DNA from: the human T2T-CHM13v2.0 reference genome, Homo sapiens
Assembly (NCBI GenBank): GCA_009914755.4
Contig: CP068257.2
Span: 33,536,001 to 33,600,000 of the forward strand
Direction of reading: 5' to 3'
Length of the DNA: 64,000 nucleotides
The notes beneath the pieces are model-generated. The model had not been told where the DNA came from and made no database searches. It worked only from the letters and a program-made list of their open reading frames with translations. Positions 14,700-28,105 of this stretch are shown piece after piece (within the stretch, counting starts at the first letter, position 1; the number at the start of each line of letters is the position of its first letter). Made by a program: the position numbers and the translations under genes.

Positions 14700-15106
14700 A
14701 TACTAATTTCTTAGGGTTGCTGTAACAAAGTGCCACAAATTGAGTCATTTACTGTCTCACAATTCTGGAGGTCAGGAGTCCAATATCAAGGTATTGGACT
14801 CCTGGATCTGCTCTAGATTTCTCTCTCAGCTTCTGTAGCCTCAGGCATTCCTGGGCTTATAGGTGGCTGTTGTCTCTCTGTATCTTCACATCAGCTTTCC
14901 TCCATGTGTGCCTCTGTGTCCACATTTTTCCCTTGTTATAAGAACACCAGTCACGTTGGATTAGGGTCCACCCTGATGACCTTAGTTTAATATGATTACC
15001 TTTGTAAAAACCCTCTTTCCAAATGAGGTCACATTTCTTAGGTACTGGAGGTTTGGGTCTTCAACATATCTCTTGGGAGGGGGATACAATTCAACCCATT
15101 ATGACC
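14700..15106 (-). mobile_element. MaLR LTR, MLT1-like, antisense
   Basis: ttcttagggttgctgtaacaaagtgccacaaattgagtcatttactgtctcacaattctggaggtcaggagtccaatatcaaggt...cttataagaacaccagtcacgttggattagggtccaccctgatgaccttagtttaatatgattacctttgtaaaaaccctctttccaaatgaggtcacatttcttaggtactggaggtttgggtcttcaacatat...ggatacaattcaacccattatgac. This is the reverse complement of the MLT1 layout (tgtagtgggttgaattgtgtcccc...ctgtggtattttgttatagcagccctaagaaa). Confidence 0.75.
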
Positions 15107-16475
15107 AAATGAGAGAGATTACCACCATGCCCCACACGGTGGCCCTAAGTGGGCGAACACCTAACAAGGAATTGTGCACCTTGTTTAACTAGGTGTTTTA
15201 GAGCAGGTCCTCCAACCAACCGCCACTGTAATTTCTCACTTTGCTCACTTACATTAAAGAGAAAAGTGGGCCCAACTCTTTCAGCAGGAAGACAGACTAT
15301 CACCCATGTCACACGCAGGTAAGTACATGAGATAAAAGCCATTGTGGCTCACAAAAACCAGTGGGTAATTCTGTCCAAGTGGAAGATTAATTGGAAGCTC
15401 TTTTAGGCTAAGACTGAATATCGTGGGAGGTATGTGGCAAGCTAGGAGCAAGTCCACAGGAGAGTCTTTGTCAAAACTAAAGTAATTAAAGCCTTCAAAA
15501 ATAGGACCTTGGGAAAAAGGAAAAAGGAATTTGATAATTTTGCCTGCAGAGAAGCAGACTGAGGTGTGGTTCACAGTTCCCCCGCATTTGAAAGGTGGCC
15601 AGAGGCACTCCCATTCCTGCTGAGAAGAGCGTGATGGGAAAAAGGCTTAAACTGAAGGGGAGATTTAGGCGGATGAACTGAAGAATGTTCAGAGCCTACA
15701 AGGCATGGGCACTCCAGGATTGGTTAACTCACCATAAACACTTTGCTTTTGCACAACACTTAATGACTTATGCAGAGTCTCTCTACTTGCTTGTCTCATT
15801 TGATTCTCCTGACACTCCTTTGAAAGGGTAGGGTCAGACACATTGTACAAACTGCAAAGTGCAGTGATTTATGCTCTTAGCCTATACAATGCTTCATTTT
15901 CGCTAGTCCACGGTTCTTAACGTCAGCACAACTGACATTTGGGGCTGCATAATTCTCTTGTCGGGGGCTGTCCTGTGCACTGTAGGATGTTTAACAGCAT
16001 CTCTGCAATACACCACCCCCCAGTAGAGAAACCTCAAAATACATCCAGTCATTGCCAAATGCCCTCCTGAAGGAAAAGTCACCCCTCGCTGAGAATCACC
16101 AGTGAGTCTAAATTCCCCCAACTACTGCTTAAGCCCTTTAACTATTTTTCTATCTCCTGGGGAGATAAGGAAGTATCGCTGTTCACCATATACACTTTTG
16201 AGACAGATGAAAAGACATAGTCACTGACTTCTGGGAGCTCACAGACCACTGGGAAATGGGCCTGCCTTCTCCCCACAATGGGGAGGTAGCCGTCATGTCA
16301 TGTCTTCAAAGGGCAGAGGTCACAGAAAGCCTTCAGTCTGCCCAGCATCGTCAGAAAGAAAAAATTTCTCAGAAAGGGGAGAGTTGAAACTAAAATATGA
16401 AAAGACAAATAGGGTTTATCTAATAGATATTGTCATTTGTATTATCTCAAGCTTTTAAACATAGTTTTATATACA

Positions 16476-16696
16476 CCTGGGGTCATCAGACTATGAGCCA
16501 GGGGCCAAATCAGGCCCACTGTCTGTTTTTATAAATAAAGTTTTATTGGAACACAGTAATATTCATCATGTATTTGTCTGTGGCTGCATTCCTGCTACAA
16601 CAGCAGAGTTGAATAATTGTGACAGAGTCTATATGACCTGTGATGTCAAAATACTTACTATCTGGGCCTTAGCAGAAAAAAATTGCTGATCCCTGT
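16476..16696 (-). mobile_element. MER1-type (hAT-Charlie) non-autonomous DNA transposon relic
   Basis: gggtcatcagactatgagccaggggccaaatcaggcccactgtctgtttttataaataaagttttattggaacacag...gctgcattcctgctacaacagcagagttgaataattgtgacagagtctatatgacctgtgatgtcaaaatacttactatctgggccttagcag. This is the reverse complement of the MER1 consensus (cagggttggcaaactttttctgtaaagggccagatagtaaatatttt...ttccaataaaactttatttacaaaaacaggcggc...ggatttggccc). Confidence 0.6.
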
Positions 16697-18957
16697 CTAG
16701 GTCCTGGGGTTTGAAGTACAGGGACCTTTACTGAATGCTTGTCCTGTAGACTTGCATCACTTTTCATTGCTTTAGGTAAGATAATCTACTATGTACCAAG
16801 CTGTAAATTAAGTGGTTTGTATATGCCACCCAATTCTTCTGTTCAATGACCTTGAAAAATATATACTGTTATCCCAACAAATGCAAGGTCAGAGAAAATA
16901 ATAAGCTTGTCTAAATCATAGAATGAGTAGACAGGCAGAGGCAGTATTTAAACTCCCATTTTCTTGACTTCAATGTCATTAAAACACCATGAACCTCAGT
17001 TTCTTCACCTACCAAAAGCAAACAGTTACCTACCTTTCTTCAATTTACAAGCTTTCTTCCAAATTATAAGTGATAGGAATACTTCTAACAACAAAATGAT
17101 GTGTAGGTAACATTTATCCCCATTGTATAATTAAGTCCTAGGTGAGTCTTCTGCTCTGTATTTTATCACCCCTGGCTTTGGGACCAGCTGTGTCACATAT
17201 GCAAATCATAGCAGACTCCTTTTACATGGGTGACAGCTCACTTCAGTAGAAGCTTCCCTCCCCATCACAAGGCTAAGTTGGCAGGACCAGGGAAACAAAT
17301 ACAACTCAAGCTTGGAGTTAAAAGAGTCGTGAAAGCAGAGACATGCATAAATCTACTTTATAAAGGGTTTAGAGGTCCTAGAGGCCACATTAAAGACATT
17401 CCCTAAATCAGCTCATGATGGGGCTTCCTGGGTGGTGGTGGAGCTTGACATGCCCCAGAGATCTGACATTTCCTTCTCTCCACCCCAGCTCAACCTGGTG
17501 GGTGGGAGAGCTGGTGGGAACTGTGCAGGTGGCTTCAAACAGTGGGTAAGGGGATCTTGCAGCCCTTCCTTCCTTCTCTTCTTCCCTGGGTGTTCAATAA
17601 AAGGCTTCATTGGATGCACACATATTACTAGGCATGTGTGTAGAAAAATGGCAAGCATTACTATTAATTTTGGGGACAATTAATCACCAGTACGAAGCAT
17701 AATACACAAAGCATTTTAAAATCATCATCTCACTTGGTCTCTACAATGATCTTTTGTGGTAGGTGCTGGTATGCGGAGGCTGAAGCAACTCCATCTTGGA
17801 AGCTAATCTACCATGTTGGCTTCTGATTAACATCAGTTCTGGGAAGGCTTGTAAGATTTCCTGTTTGTCTATTATTTCCTAGGTAAGAGCAGATACTTAC
17901 TGTAAATCCTGCCCCTAGATTAAACAACCTTGGTGTTATCGTACTTCCATTGTCCTATACATCCCTTCGGAATCCCCCTTTCCCTATGGTCCTCAAGCCC
18001 TTGGTCTGGGGAGTAACAGCATAGGGATCAACCATCTCGTCTTGCCACTGCCCGAAATACAGACATGGCTTCTGTTCCTAAGTCCCTATTAAACTTTTCT
18101 TTCTAAGAAACTGGATTTGTCAGCCTCTTTCTTCACCTCTCAGCTTCCTTGGACTTTGGGGGTAGGTTTGCGTAGACATGCTCACCACAGACACAATATC
18201 AGCTTCATTCTACAGATGAGGAAGGCAAGCCTTGGGGAGCTTAACCAACTTGTCGAGACTCATGTATATACCAACACTGAAAAGCAGATATTCCAGACTC
18301 CCAGTCATGCCACAGGCACACCCCTCAGTGAGAGGTGGGGTTTGTAGTTGAGGCTATTTCCTGCCCAGGGAGCAGGGAGGCATTCTAGCTTCCCTGAGCT
18401 AATGTGGTTCTGCTTGTGTCTGACTTCCAGGTCTCTGCCCTTTCCAAGCTCACTAGGATGGGCTTCGGGTGTGTCAAATGCCTCAGACAGTACAGATCCA
18501 CACAGAATGGGCATATGCAACCAATCAGTGTCATAAAAAAGAAGGAAATGACTCGGGCCCCCTGTGTGTTCAACATGTCGAAGGTATCTGTGCAGCAGAA
18601 GAAAGAAGGGCAAAAGCCCCCAGTGCCACAGGCCAGAGGCAGCAGCTTGGGCCCATGTGGGAGGGTTTGCTTTCCCCTGCCAAAGTGATGGGCTGCTGCA
18701 GCCTGGGGCTTGTGGGAATCCTTCCTGGGCCTGTGTGGGAAGTGTAGGCAGGGAGAGTGCTGCTTTCCCAAGCTCATCCCAGCTACAGCTACCTTTGTGC
18801 TCTGGGATTCAGGACCCCCGAGGGGGCTGGCAGGAGAGTCTCTGTTCTCGGATGGGTTGTCACCAGGGCATACATGGGAAGTGGGCTCTCTGGAGTCACC
18901 CTCCAGGGGACAATGCCAATTCCAGACACATTTACTGGAACCCCTACACTGATGACC

Positions 18958-19372
18958 TTTTGTTGAGGGTTGAATTATGTCCCCAAAAAAGATACATTGA
19001 AGTCCAAACCTCTGGTGTCTATAAATGTGATTTTATTTGAAAATGAGGTTTCTATGGACTAAATTGTGTCCCTCCCAAATTCATATTTTGAAGCCCTAGC
19101 CCCCAATGTGACTATACCTAGAGACAGAGATCTTTAGGAGGTAATTAAGGTTCAATGAGGTCAGGTGGGTGGGGCCCTAAACCAACAGGAAGGACTGTGG
19201 CCTTACTAGAAAAGGAAGAAAAAGCATTTCCTCTCTTCTAGTATAAAAGGACACAGAAAGAAGGCAGATATCTACAAGCCACGAAGAGAGACGTCACTGA
19301 GAACTGAATTTGTGTACATTGATCTGGAACTTCCAGCCTCCAGAACTTGAGAAATACATTTCTGTTGTTTAT
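18958..19372 (+). mobile_element. MaLR LTR, MLT1-like, sense
   Basis: tgttgagggttgaattatgtccccaaaaaagatacattgaagtccaaacctctggtgtctataaatgtgattttatttgaaaatgaggtttctatggactaaattgtgtccc...ggtcaggtgggtggggccctaaaccaacagg...gatctggaacttccagcctccagaacttgagaaatacatttctgttgttta. Confidence 0.75.
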
Positions 19373-19384
19373 TTTTTTTTCATG

Positions 19385-19475
19385 TAATCAATTCATTTAT
19401 CATATATTTATTGAGTGCCTACTATGTGCCAGAGGATACAGCAGTAACAAAACTAGGCAAAAATTGTGCCTAAAA
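19385..19475 (+). mobile_element. MIR/L2-type 3'-tail relic
   Basis: caattcatttatcatatatttattgagtgcctactatgtgccagaggatacagcagtaacaaaactaggcaaaaattgtgcct matches the (ttattgagcgcctactatgtgccaggcactgttctaggtgctggggatacagcagtgaacaaaacagacaaaaatccctgcc) family. Similar tails occur at 10480-10540, 43340-43450 and 47810-47960. Confidence 0.4.
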
Positions 19476-20123
19476 GAGGGAAGATGACTTTTCTTAAAGT
19501 GTGGAATAAAGAAAAGTAAGATAGCGGATAGAAGCTTGAAGTGAAAGCAGGTTCACAGGAAGTTTCTTTGGTCATTTGTTTTGTTTTTAAATAGTGGAAA
19601 GATGTATATGTTTATGGAGAAAGATTGCCTTGAAGATGCAAGAGGAAGAGATGATCAAAATTCAAGAAGAAGCAGAAAGTGATAGAATAAAGAGCACAAG
19701 TGGAGAATTAGTGTTAATGAAAAGAAGGATGCTTCCTTTGATATGAAGTGAAGGAAGAGAGAATGAGTAAAGACCAAGACTTGAAGTCCCTAGTTTAATA
19801 GAGGGAGATTTCTTCTTTTGATAGCAACAATGGTATTCTGAATTATTTGAAGACATGTCATATTTCTCTTGTGCCATTTTCCTCCCAGTTTAAACATTCT
19901 CATAACCTCTATTCCTCACATGATGTTTTTCCAGGTCCTTTATTCTTTGGCACTCTCTTCTCTGGACACATTGTATTCTGTCATTGGTCCTAAAATTTAG
20001 ATACTCACAATTGAACATACTCCTCTAGATATGGTCTAGCTAATGCAAAAGAACTGCTGCCTTCCAACTTGTTCAGACATCATATGTTTGTTGTCAAACG
20101 CTAAGTTGAGTTGTTATCTTTTA

Positions 20124-20125
<2 letters not shown>

Positions 20126-20156
<31 letters not shown>
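20126..20156. repeat. T31 mononucleotide run
   Basis: Direct read: ttaag followed by 31 T, then aattcc. Confidence 0.9.
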
Positions 20157-20160
<4 letters not shown>

Positions 20161-20865
20161 CCAAGAGGTGCCCACGTTGGCTAAGTACCAAACAGGGTAC
20201 TAGGGAATTTTACTTCTGAGTTAAATGCCATTCTAGTTGTTTTTTCTTCATCTCCAGTAAGGTTATCTTTATTCACCAGTTGTTACAATAGCTGTGGGTC
20301 TTGCTTCTCACAGTTTTATGCTGTCTGTGCTATTTTCTCTACTGATCATCACCACAATCATTATTGCTTATCATAATTGTTATCTTTATTTTCTCCTTTA
20401 ATCAAGAATCAGTCTTCCTTTATCTCATTATTCTCTTTTGCAGGCTTCAGGATAATTATGGTTGGAGTGCACTGGGGGAACCAGTGCAGCTAAGCTCTGA
20501 CATCTTTGCATCCCTTTTCCATCTGCTGTTTTGGCACTCTGGTAGAATAGATAACCTAAAAACGACTTTAAAACATCTAGAAATTTTGGATAAAATATAA
20601 CAAACATCCCTTTAAATGCACAACTGATCTTCCATGGAAGTCACAGAAATATATAACGCCAAAAAGAAGGGAAGCTGAAACCCAGGGCTGTAAACATGAA
20701 CATCATCTTCTCTCCCTTTTTCTTGTGACTTATCTTGTTTTTCTCAGCTTTGGTGCTACCAAGGCTTGACTTTAATAGGCATTTCCAATCAATGAGAGAA
20801 TTTCTTTTGCTTTCATCAACAATTCAGTTATTGATGTTAACATATATATCATTTGAGTACTTTTC

Positions 20866-21888
<1,023 letters not shown>

Positions 21889-22316
21889 TCTGTTGTTTAA
21901 ACCACGAAGTCTATGGTATCTGGTTATGACAACCTGAGAATACTAACTCAAGGGTCTTTCGCAGATGTCATTAAGTTGTTAAAGTGAGGTCATTATGGTG
22001 GGTCCTAATCCAAGAGAAGAGATGCATGGACAGACGTGCACAACGGGAGGACCAAGCCAAGACACACAGGGAGAATGGCCATGGGAAGATGGAGGCAGAG
22101 ATCAAAGTGAGGCACCCACAAGCCAAGAAATGGCAGGAGCTACCAGCAGCTGGAAGATGCAGAGAAGCATTCCTTCTTAGAGGTTTCAGAGAGAGTATGG
22201 TGCTACTGACACCTTGATTTTGAACTTCTAGTCTCCAGAACTATGAGAGAATAAATTTCTGTTGGTTAAGCCATCGAGTTTGTGTAAGTTTGTTATAAGA
22301 GCCCTAGGAAATAAAC
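21889..22316 (+). mobile_element. MLT1-like MaLR LTR fragments (3' end piece, then mid-to-3' piece)
   Basis: tctgttgtttaaaccacgaagtctatggtatctggttatgacaacctgagaatactaac is an MLT1 3' end. It is followed by agggtctttcgcagatgtcattaagttgttaaagtgaggtcattatggtgggtcctaatccaag...caccttgattttgaacttctagtctccagaactatgagagaataaatttctgttggttaagccatcgagtttgtgtaagtttgttataagagccctaggaaataaac. Confidence 0.6.
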
Positions 22317-23257
22317 ATATCCATTTATTCAGGAAAGCCTGCTAGAGTGCAAATATTTGGAAAAGATACTACTATGCAAATGTTTGAAAAAGATATTGCT
22401 CTTGATTCTGCCTTATGGGTTTTTCATTTCTGTAAGCTATTCTCAAAGTTTTGTTCTTGGACTACTATTGGTAATTAAGACTGCAACATGTTTGGCAACA
22501 TCAGTTGAGAACTGTTGCTCTGGGAACGTTTTCGGCAAGCCTCAGCCCTTCTTTTCCCTTGGCTTGCATTGAGGAGTTAGGTGATACTCTGCTGCTCAGG
22601 CCCAGCACCTTTATGGACCGTATTCCCCTGGTGGAATGACCATCTCTGCTTGCTCTGATTGGCTGTTGGGGTTTTCTAGCATGCCCTATTTAATATGTAT
22701 GATTTATCTCTTACTTCAGTTGGAAGGTACAGTTGCTCTGTAGTTGGCATGCAGTCATGGTGACTATGAAAATATAAAATAATGTTTTGGTTTACAGACA
22801 CTTAGAAATAAGTTGTGTCTCAAAATTGGGTGACTATTCTAGTTATCTGCTACTCAATATCCTTGTGCGAGCCCTCTTTACCCAGAATCAAACTAAACCA
22901 TGAGGGGCACTATAGAATGTCACCCCTGGGTCCAGGATACTATGGGGACTCAGAAGCCAAGCTCCCACTGGGGGATCTAGGGCATGCCCCCAAGGTAAGA
23001 TTCCCTCCTCTTTGTTCAGCAGGAAGCACCCATCACACAAGGAGGTAGGAATAAACAAGCATTCGTCAAGAACAAAAGATACAGATGTTCTGCTGGAGCT
23101 TGGATACATAGCATAAGAGGGAACAGTTCTCACAGGTAAGAGTAAGTTTTCCTCTGGTGGTGACAGTGGGACCTGTGGGGGAGAGAATTGGGAGTACTGA
23201 CAGGAAGGCAGAGTGGCTGTCCAAATGAACGGATTGTTTGCACATGGCCTTTAGGGC

Positions 23258-24100
23258 ACGTTGTGTTAGCCTTCCATTGCTGCTTATATTAGTCTGTTTT
23301 CACACTGCCCATAAATGCATACCTGAGACTGGATAATTTATAAAGAAAAAGAGCCTTAATGTACTCATAGTTGCATGTGGCTGGGGAGGCCTCACAATCA
23401 TGGCAGAAGGTGAAAGGCACATCTTACATGGAAGCAGACAAGAGAGAATTGAGGACCAAGTGAAAGGGGTTTCCCCTTATAAAACCATCAGATCACATGA
23501 GACTTTTTCACCACCATGAGAACAGTAAGGGGAAAACTATGCTCATGATTCAATTGTCTCCCACTGGATTCCTCCCACAACACATAGGAATTATGGGAGC
23601 TAAAATTCAAGATGAGATTTGGGTGAGGACACAGCCAAACCCTATCACTGCTGTAATCAATTCCCACCAACTTAGTGGCTCGAAACATCACAGATTTATG
23701 ATCTTATGACGGTGGAGGTCCCCAAATGGATCTTCTAGGTCTAGAATCAAGGTATCAGCAGACCACTTCTTTTGGAGGCTCTGGTGGAGAAACCATTTCC
23801 TCGCCTTTTCCAGCTTCTAGAGGCTGCCCTTCTCATTCCTTGGTTCATGGCCACACTCATTTCCATCTCTGCTTCCACTGTGACAACTTCTCTGCCTCAG
23901 ACCCTCCTGCTTTGCCTTTGTAAGGACCCTTGTGATGAGATCAGGCCCATCCAGGATTATCCCTCATCTCAAGACCTTTACCTTAATCACATTTGCAAGG
24001 TCTCTTCCACTGTGTCAGGTAACATTTTCACAGGTTCCAGGGATTAGGGTGTGGACATCTTGGGGAGCTGGAGGATATTATTTCATCTACCACACACATC
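23258..24100 (-). mobile_element. MLT-type MaLR LTR (antisense) interrupted by a nested THE1 solo LTR (23285-23647, antisense) with 5-bp target-site duplication CTGCT
   Basis: Host element: gtgttagccttccattgCTGCT | ... | CTGCTgtaatcaattcccaccaacttagtggctcgaaacatcacagatttatgatcttatgacggtggaggtcc...caaggtatcagcag...ccttgtgatgagatcaggcccatccaggattatcc..ttaatcacatttgcaagg..acaggttccagggattagggtgtggacatcttgg. Insert: tatattagtctgttttcacactgcccataaatgcatacctgagactggataatttataaag...ggctggggaggcctcacaatcatggcagaagg...caagatgagatttgggtgaggacacagccaaaccctatca, which is a reverse-complemented THE1. CTGCT lies at 23280-23284 and 23648-23652. Confidence 0.8.
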
Positions 24101-27100
24101 TCTACCTTGTACAGGCAAGCACTTGCAAAGTGCAATGTGATCCTCTGGAGCCACTGTCCTCCCAGAGCTTATATATACTCTGAAAGTCAACTCTCAGACC
24201 ACAGCCTCCTGTCCATGCACCACTCTCATCAACACCCCCACCCGAAACACTTTCACTCCACCCTCTTTGTCCCCTAACTCATGGAGAAGAAAATCTAATT
24301 AGTAGGAGTGGAATTTGGCTTTCATCTTTACCAGTACTAGAAATATGGTGTGTGTCTTTTTGTAAAAATTCTCTCAACTAAATTGTTTTTATTAATTTCT
24401 GCAAAATGTGAACATCAACTCCCTTCATGTGAATGTCAATAAGATTAAATGAGCTGTCTCAGCTCCTAGCCTGTGCAAGCTAACAGCTCAGGAGATGTTT
24501 ATTTCTTTCCCTCTTCTTTCCTTAATGAAGCCCTCTCCTTTGACATCTTCAATTCTGGAGCGCTTCTTTTCTGAGGCCTCGGCTCCCCCACATTGCCCAC
24601 CCTTTTCCTGCTCGTCCACATTTCTGGCTTCTATTCTCTTGTCTTTACCATCTCCCTGAACAATGTTATCCGTTCCAATGACTTCAACAGTCTCTCCGCT
24701 TACATATGATGCCTCTCAAACTCTGATCTCCAACTCTTCCAAAGAGCTCTGGACCTTTGTTCCAATTACCTGAAAAACATCTTCTTGGATGTCCCATTAG
24801 CACTGTTAAATCAAACAAGAATTTCCCTCCCTCCTGCCTTGCTGTAGTTCCCCTAGGGATTCGGTTGTGTGGGAAGATGTGTGGAGAGCTCTTAGTTGAC
24901 TCCCTTCTCTGCAGTTCTACCTCTCTAGAGACTTGGAGGACCCACTGTTTCCGCCTCGCTTTTTCAGGCCTAGAGATTGCTCGCTCCTGGGCTGGCTGCT
25001 TCATAATTCCTTATTAGTAGTTTCCCAAGCTTACATATCTGTAAATATTTACTTTAGTTAAATTCTCCCCAATTTCCACAATATGTTGGCTGCACATGCT
25101 TTCTACTAGGAGTCACACAACTATGATAAGAACCAAGAAATATTAGTAAACGTTTTTTACCATTATTGGCCTATACCCTGGAATAGCCAACAATAACCTA
25201 GAACCTATGCAACAAGAATATCCAACAAGAACCTAGAGACCTGTCAGTCTATAGGTGGGAACTACAGGATGAGATTATTTTGTGTGTGAGCCACCATTGT
25301 GGAAAATGTGCCTCTACAGGAGCCTGAGATTACCTTGCTTTGTGTTGTGTTCCTTACTTTTTTCAAAGAGTTCCTCTATATCTGCTGATGAAACTCTTGA
25401 GGCTTGTTTTGAAGCAAGTCATAGGTTATTAATGCCCTACCCCATTTCTCATGCTTTTGCCCAGGAACATTTCAATGGCAAATACATACCTTGGGCCCAA
25501 GTTTGCAGCTTCTCAGTCATCTTTCTTCTCCACTGAGCTAGGAGCACTCACTCTACAACAGATAGTTTTTTATTTTTATTTTTATGTATTTATTTTTTAA
25601 CCCTTACAACTTTTCTTTGGCAGATTCCTGAAGTAGAAAATCCAACAAAAACCCTCTGATTACAATGGAATGTACCAGCTCATGTTGGAAAAGGTCACTC
25701 CATTGCATGACATCCTGTGACACATACAGAAAATCAGCTTAGTCAGAAGCATGTGTCATATGAGTAACATTTGGACCTGAATTGAGCATTGTGCAGTATA
25801 GCTTCAGCAGGTGCTCCTATCACTCTACAGTACCCCGTGTCAAATGGGCAATGCCAGATGATGCCAAGAAGCCCCAGTGAGTGAGTGCAGAAAAATCTCC
25901 AGTGTCTGCCTGTTACAAGTGGTCTCTGCACCCAGTACACTGCAGTGCCCAAGAATGAGACCATGTCCAAAGCCAAATGGGGGAACACCAATTGAAAAAC
26001 GGAAGCTGTGAAGGCCAAACAGGGGAAGCACAGAGTGCTGGCCTTAACTTCCCTGAAATTTGTTCAAGCAGCTTTGGACATCACAAAAAGACAAATCAAC
26101 CATTGGCCCATGGTGGAGGAAACACTCAGAGAAGGGACAAACGGAGTCAAGTGTGACAAGGGGCAAGTGTGAGGCTCCTATTTGAGATTCTATACTCGAG
26201 GTAGTAATAGATGATTTGTCTCCAAATTCCAACAGCAGAATATATGTAAACCCTGAATTAATCTACATTTGGAAAACAGCATTTCGTGAATAATTAAAAA
26301 TAAAAGGAATAAATGTTACCTTCAAGTGGGTGGGAATTGACTGAGAAGGAGCATGAGAGAACTACCTGGAGTTATGGGCTTGTTCTATATCCTGCCAAAG
26401 ATTGAATTGTACATATGCATGCATTTGTCAAAAGTTTAGAATGATACCTGTAAAAACTTTTGCATTTCACTTCAGGCAGTTTTTTTTCCTAAAAATATAC
26501 ACAAAGAAACATTGAACTATTGCTAATGATATGCACATAGAAGTGTTTACAGATGACGTGTACTCATGCCTGCAACTTGCTTCAAAATACAACACAAATA
26601 ACATGGGCTGATGGATGGATAGACAGATGGATAGAGAACAGTTAGATAATAATAAAGCACATCTAACAAACTAATTATTGCAGATTCTAGGTGGTGGGTG
26701 TGGGTATTTTCTGTACAATTCTTTTTATTTTTATGTTTGAAATTTTTCATTTAAAAATGTTGGAAAAAAAACTAAAAGAAACTGATAAGAGAAACCCTAG
26801 GGCTTCTCATAGAGTTGAAAATATTTCAACATAAATGCCATTAATCTGAAAAATTATCAAAATACTTCTTTTAGAAATGCAGTCCATGACACAAGTAATC
26901 CAATTACCCTCAAACTAAACCTGGTCATAAAAACTGGTCCCTAGGGAGATCAACAGGTATTTACATAGGAAAAAACATGAAGGTTGCAAGATTATAAGAA
27001 GTGCATGATGCTGAAGAGGACATTTCTAAAAAAACATTTTAGGGCTGAAGACTGATTCAGTCCTTACCCCTAGCATATCCACCTGCTGTTCCCCCACCTC

Positions 27101-27294
27101 TAAACCACTAACTTCACTGAAGTCAAGAGATGTGACTCATTTATGGGCTATGGGCAACTGCTGGGAATCCTGCCATATGGTTGAAGAAAATCACAGACTC
27201 ATACTTGCAGCTGCTTAATAACATGGTTAAAATCGGAGCCCTTTAGCTCTTATCTTTTGTGTAAAATGTACAGTTTGAAAGATCCACATCTTTT

Positions 27295-27650
27295 TCTATA
27301 ATTTAATATTGTATTATTTTTCTTCCAGCTTTATTGATGTATACTTGGCCAAAAAAGTAGGTATTTAAGGTATACAGTGTGATGTTTTAATCTACATAAC
27401 ATTGTGAAATGATTATCATAATCAAGCTAATTAACATATCATCACCTTTAATTACCTTTGCGTGTGTGTATAGTGAGAACACTTAAGATCTACTCTCTCA
27501 GCAAATTTTGAGTATTCAATAAATTATTATTAACAATGGTCACCAAGCTGTACATTAGATCATCCACAACTTATTCATCCTATAACTGAAAGTCCACATA
27601 CTTTGACCAACATTACCCCAAGGTTCATATCTTGACTGTCTTTTTGGAGT
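27295..27650 (-). mobile_element. L1 LINE 3' UTR fragment, antisense
   Basis: ttccagctttattgatgtatacttggcc...ggtatacagtgtgatgttttaatctacataacattgtgaaatgattatcataatcaagctaattaacatatcatcacc...agtgagaacacttaagatctactctctcagcaaattttgagtattcaataaattattattaacaatggtcaccaagctgtacattagatc. This is the reverse complement of the L1 3'-UTR consensus (..gctaagagagtagatcttaagtgttctcac...ttaattagcttgattgtggtaatcatttcacaatgtat..). Confidence 0.6.
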
Positions 27651-27964
27651 GAGTGTCAACAAGATGACTCTATTTTTATGTCAATGTCTGACTTACATAA
27701 TAGAAGGCTATGCAGTGAGTACCTTGTGCAAAGGAGATGATTAGGAAACACTGGTTCGTGAAAGAATGAATGCATGGATGGGGGCAAGATTTATCAGAGA
27801 TGCTTTGGAAGAGAGGGAAGGGATGTGATTCATTCAAACAGAAAGAAGATTTGACATGGATCAAAATAATGTAAAGAAAAACACTAAAGAAAATTATTAA
27901 CCCGGAAGGAGCTGGAGAAAGATGCAATGTATTGTGAAGGCTTTGGAATAATACAGTTTTTCTG

Positions 27965-28105
27965 TAGCCTGGGTGTATGACCTTTGGACAAACGCTAAAC
28001 CTCTCTGAGCCTCAGTTTCCTCATCTGTTCAAAATAACAATAATTATAGCGCTTATTTTTAGAGTCATTGTGAGAAATATTAAATAAGATGTAAAGTTCC
28101 CGGTG
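27965..28105 (+). mobile_element. MIR SINE relic
   Basis: acctttggacaaacgctaaacctctctgagcctcagtttcctcatctgttcaaaataacaataat...attgtgagaaatattaaataagatgtaaagt matches the MIR core (cttaacctctctgagcctcagtttcctcatctgtaaaatggggataataat...ttgtgaggattaaatgagataatgcatgtaaag). Confidence 0.55.
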
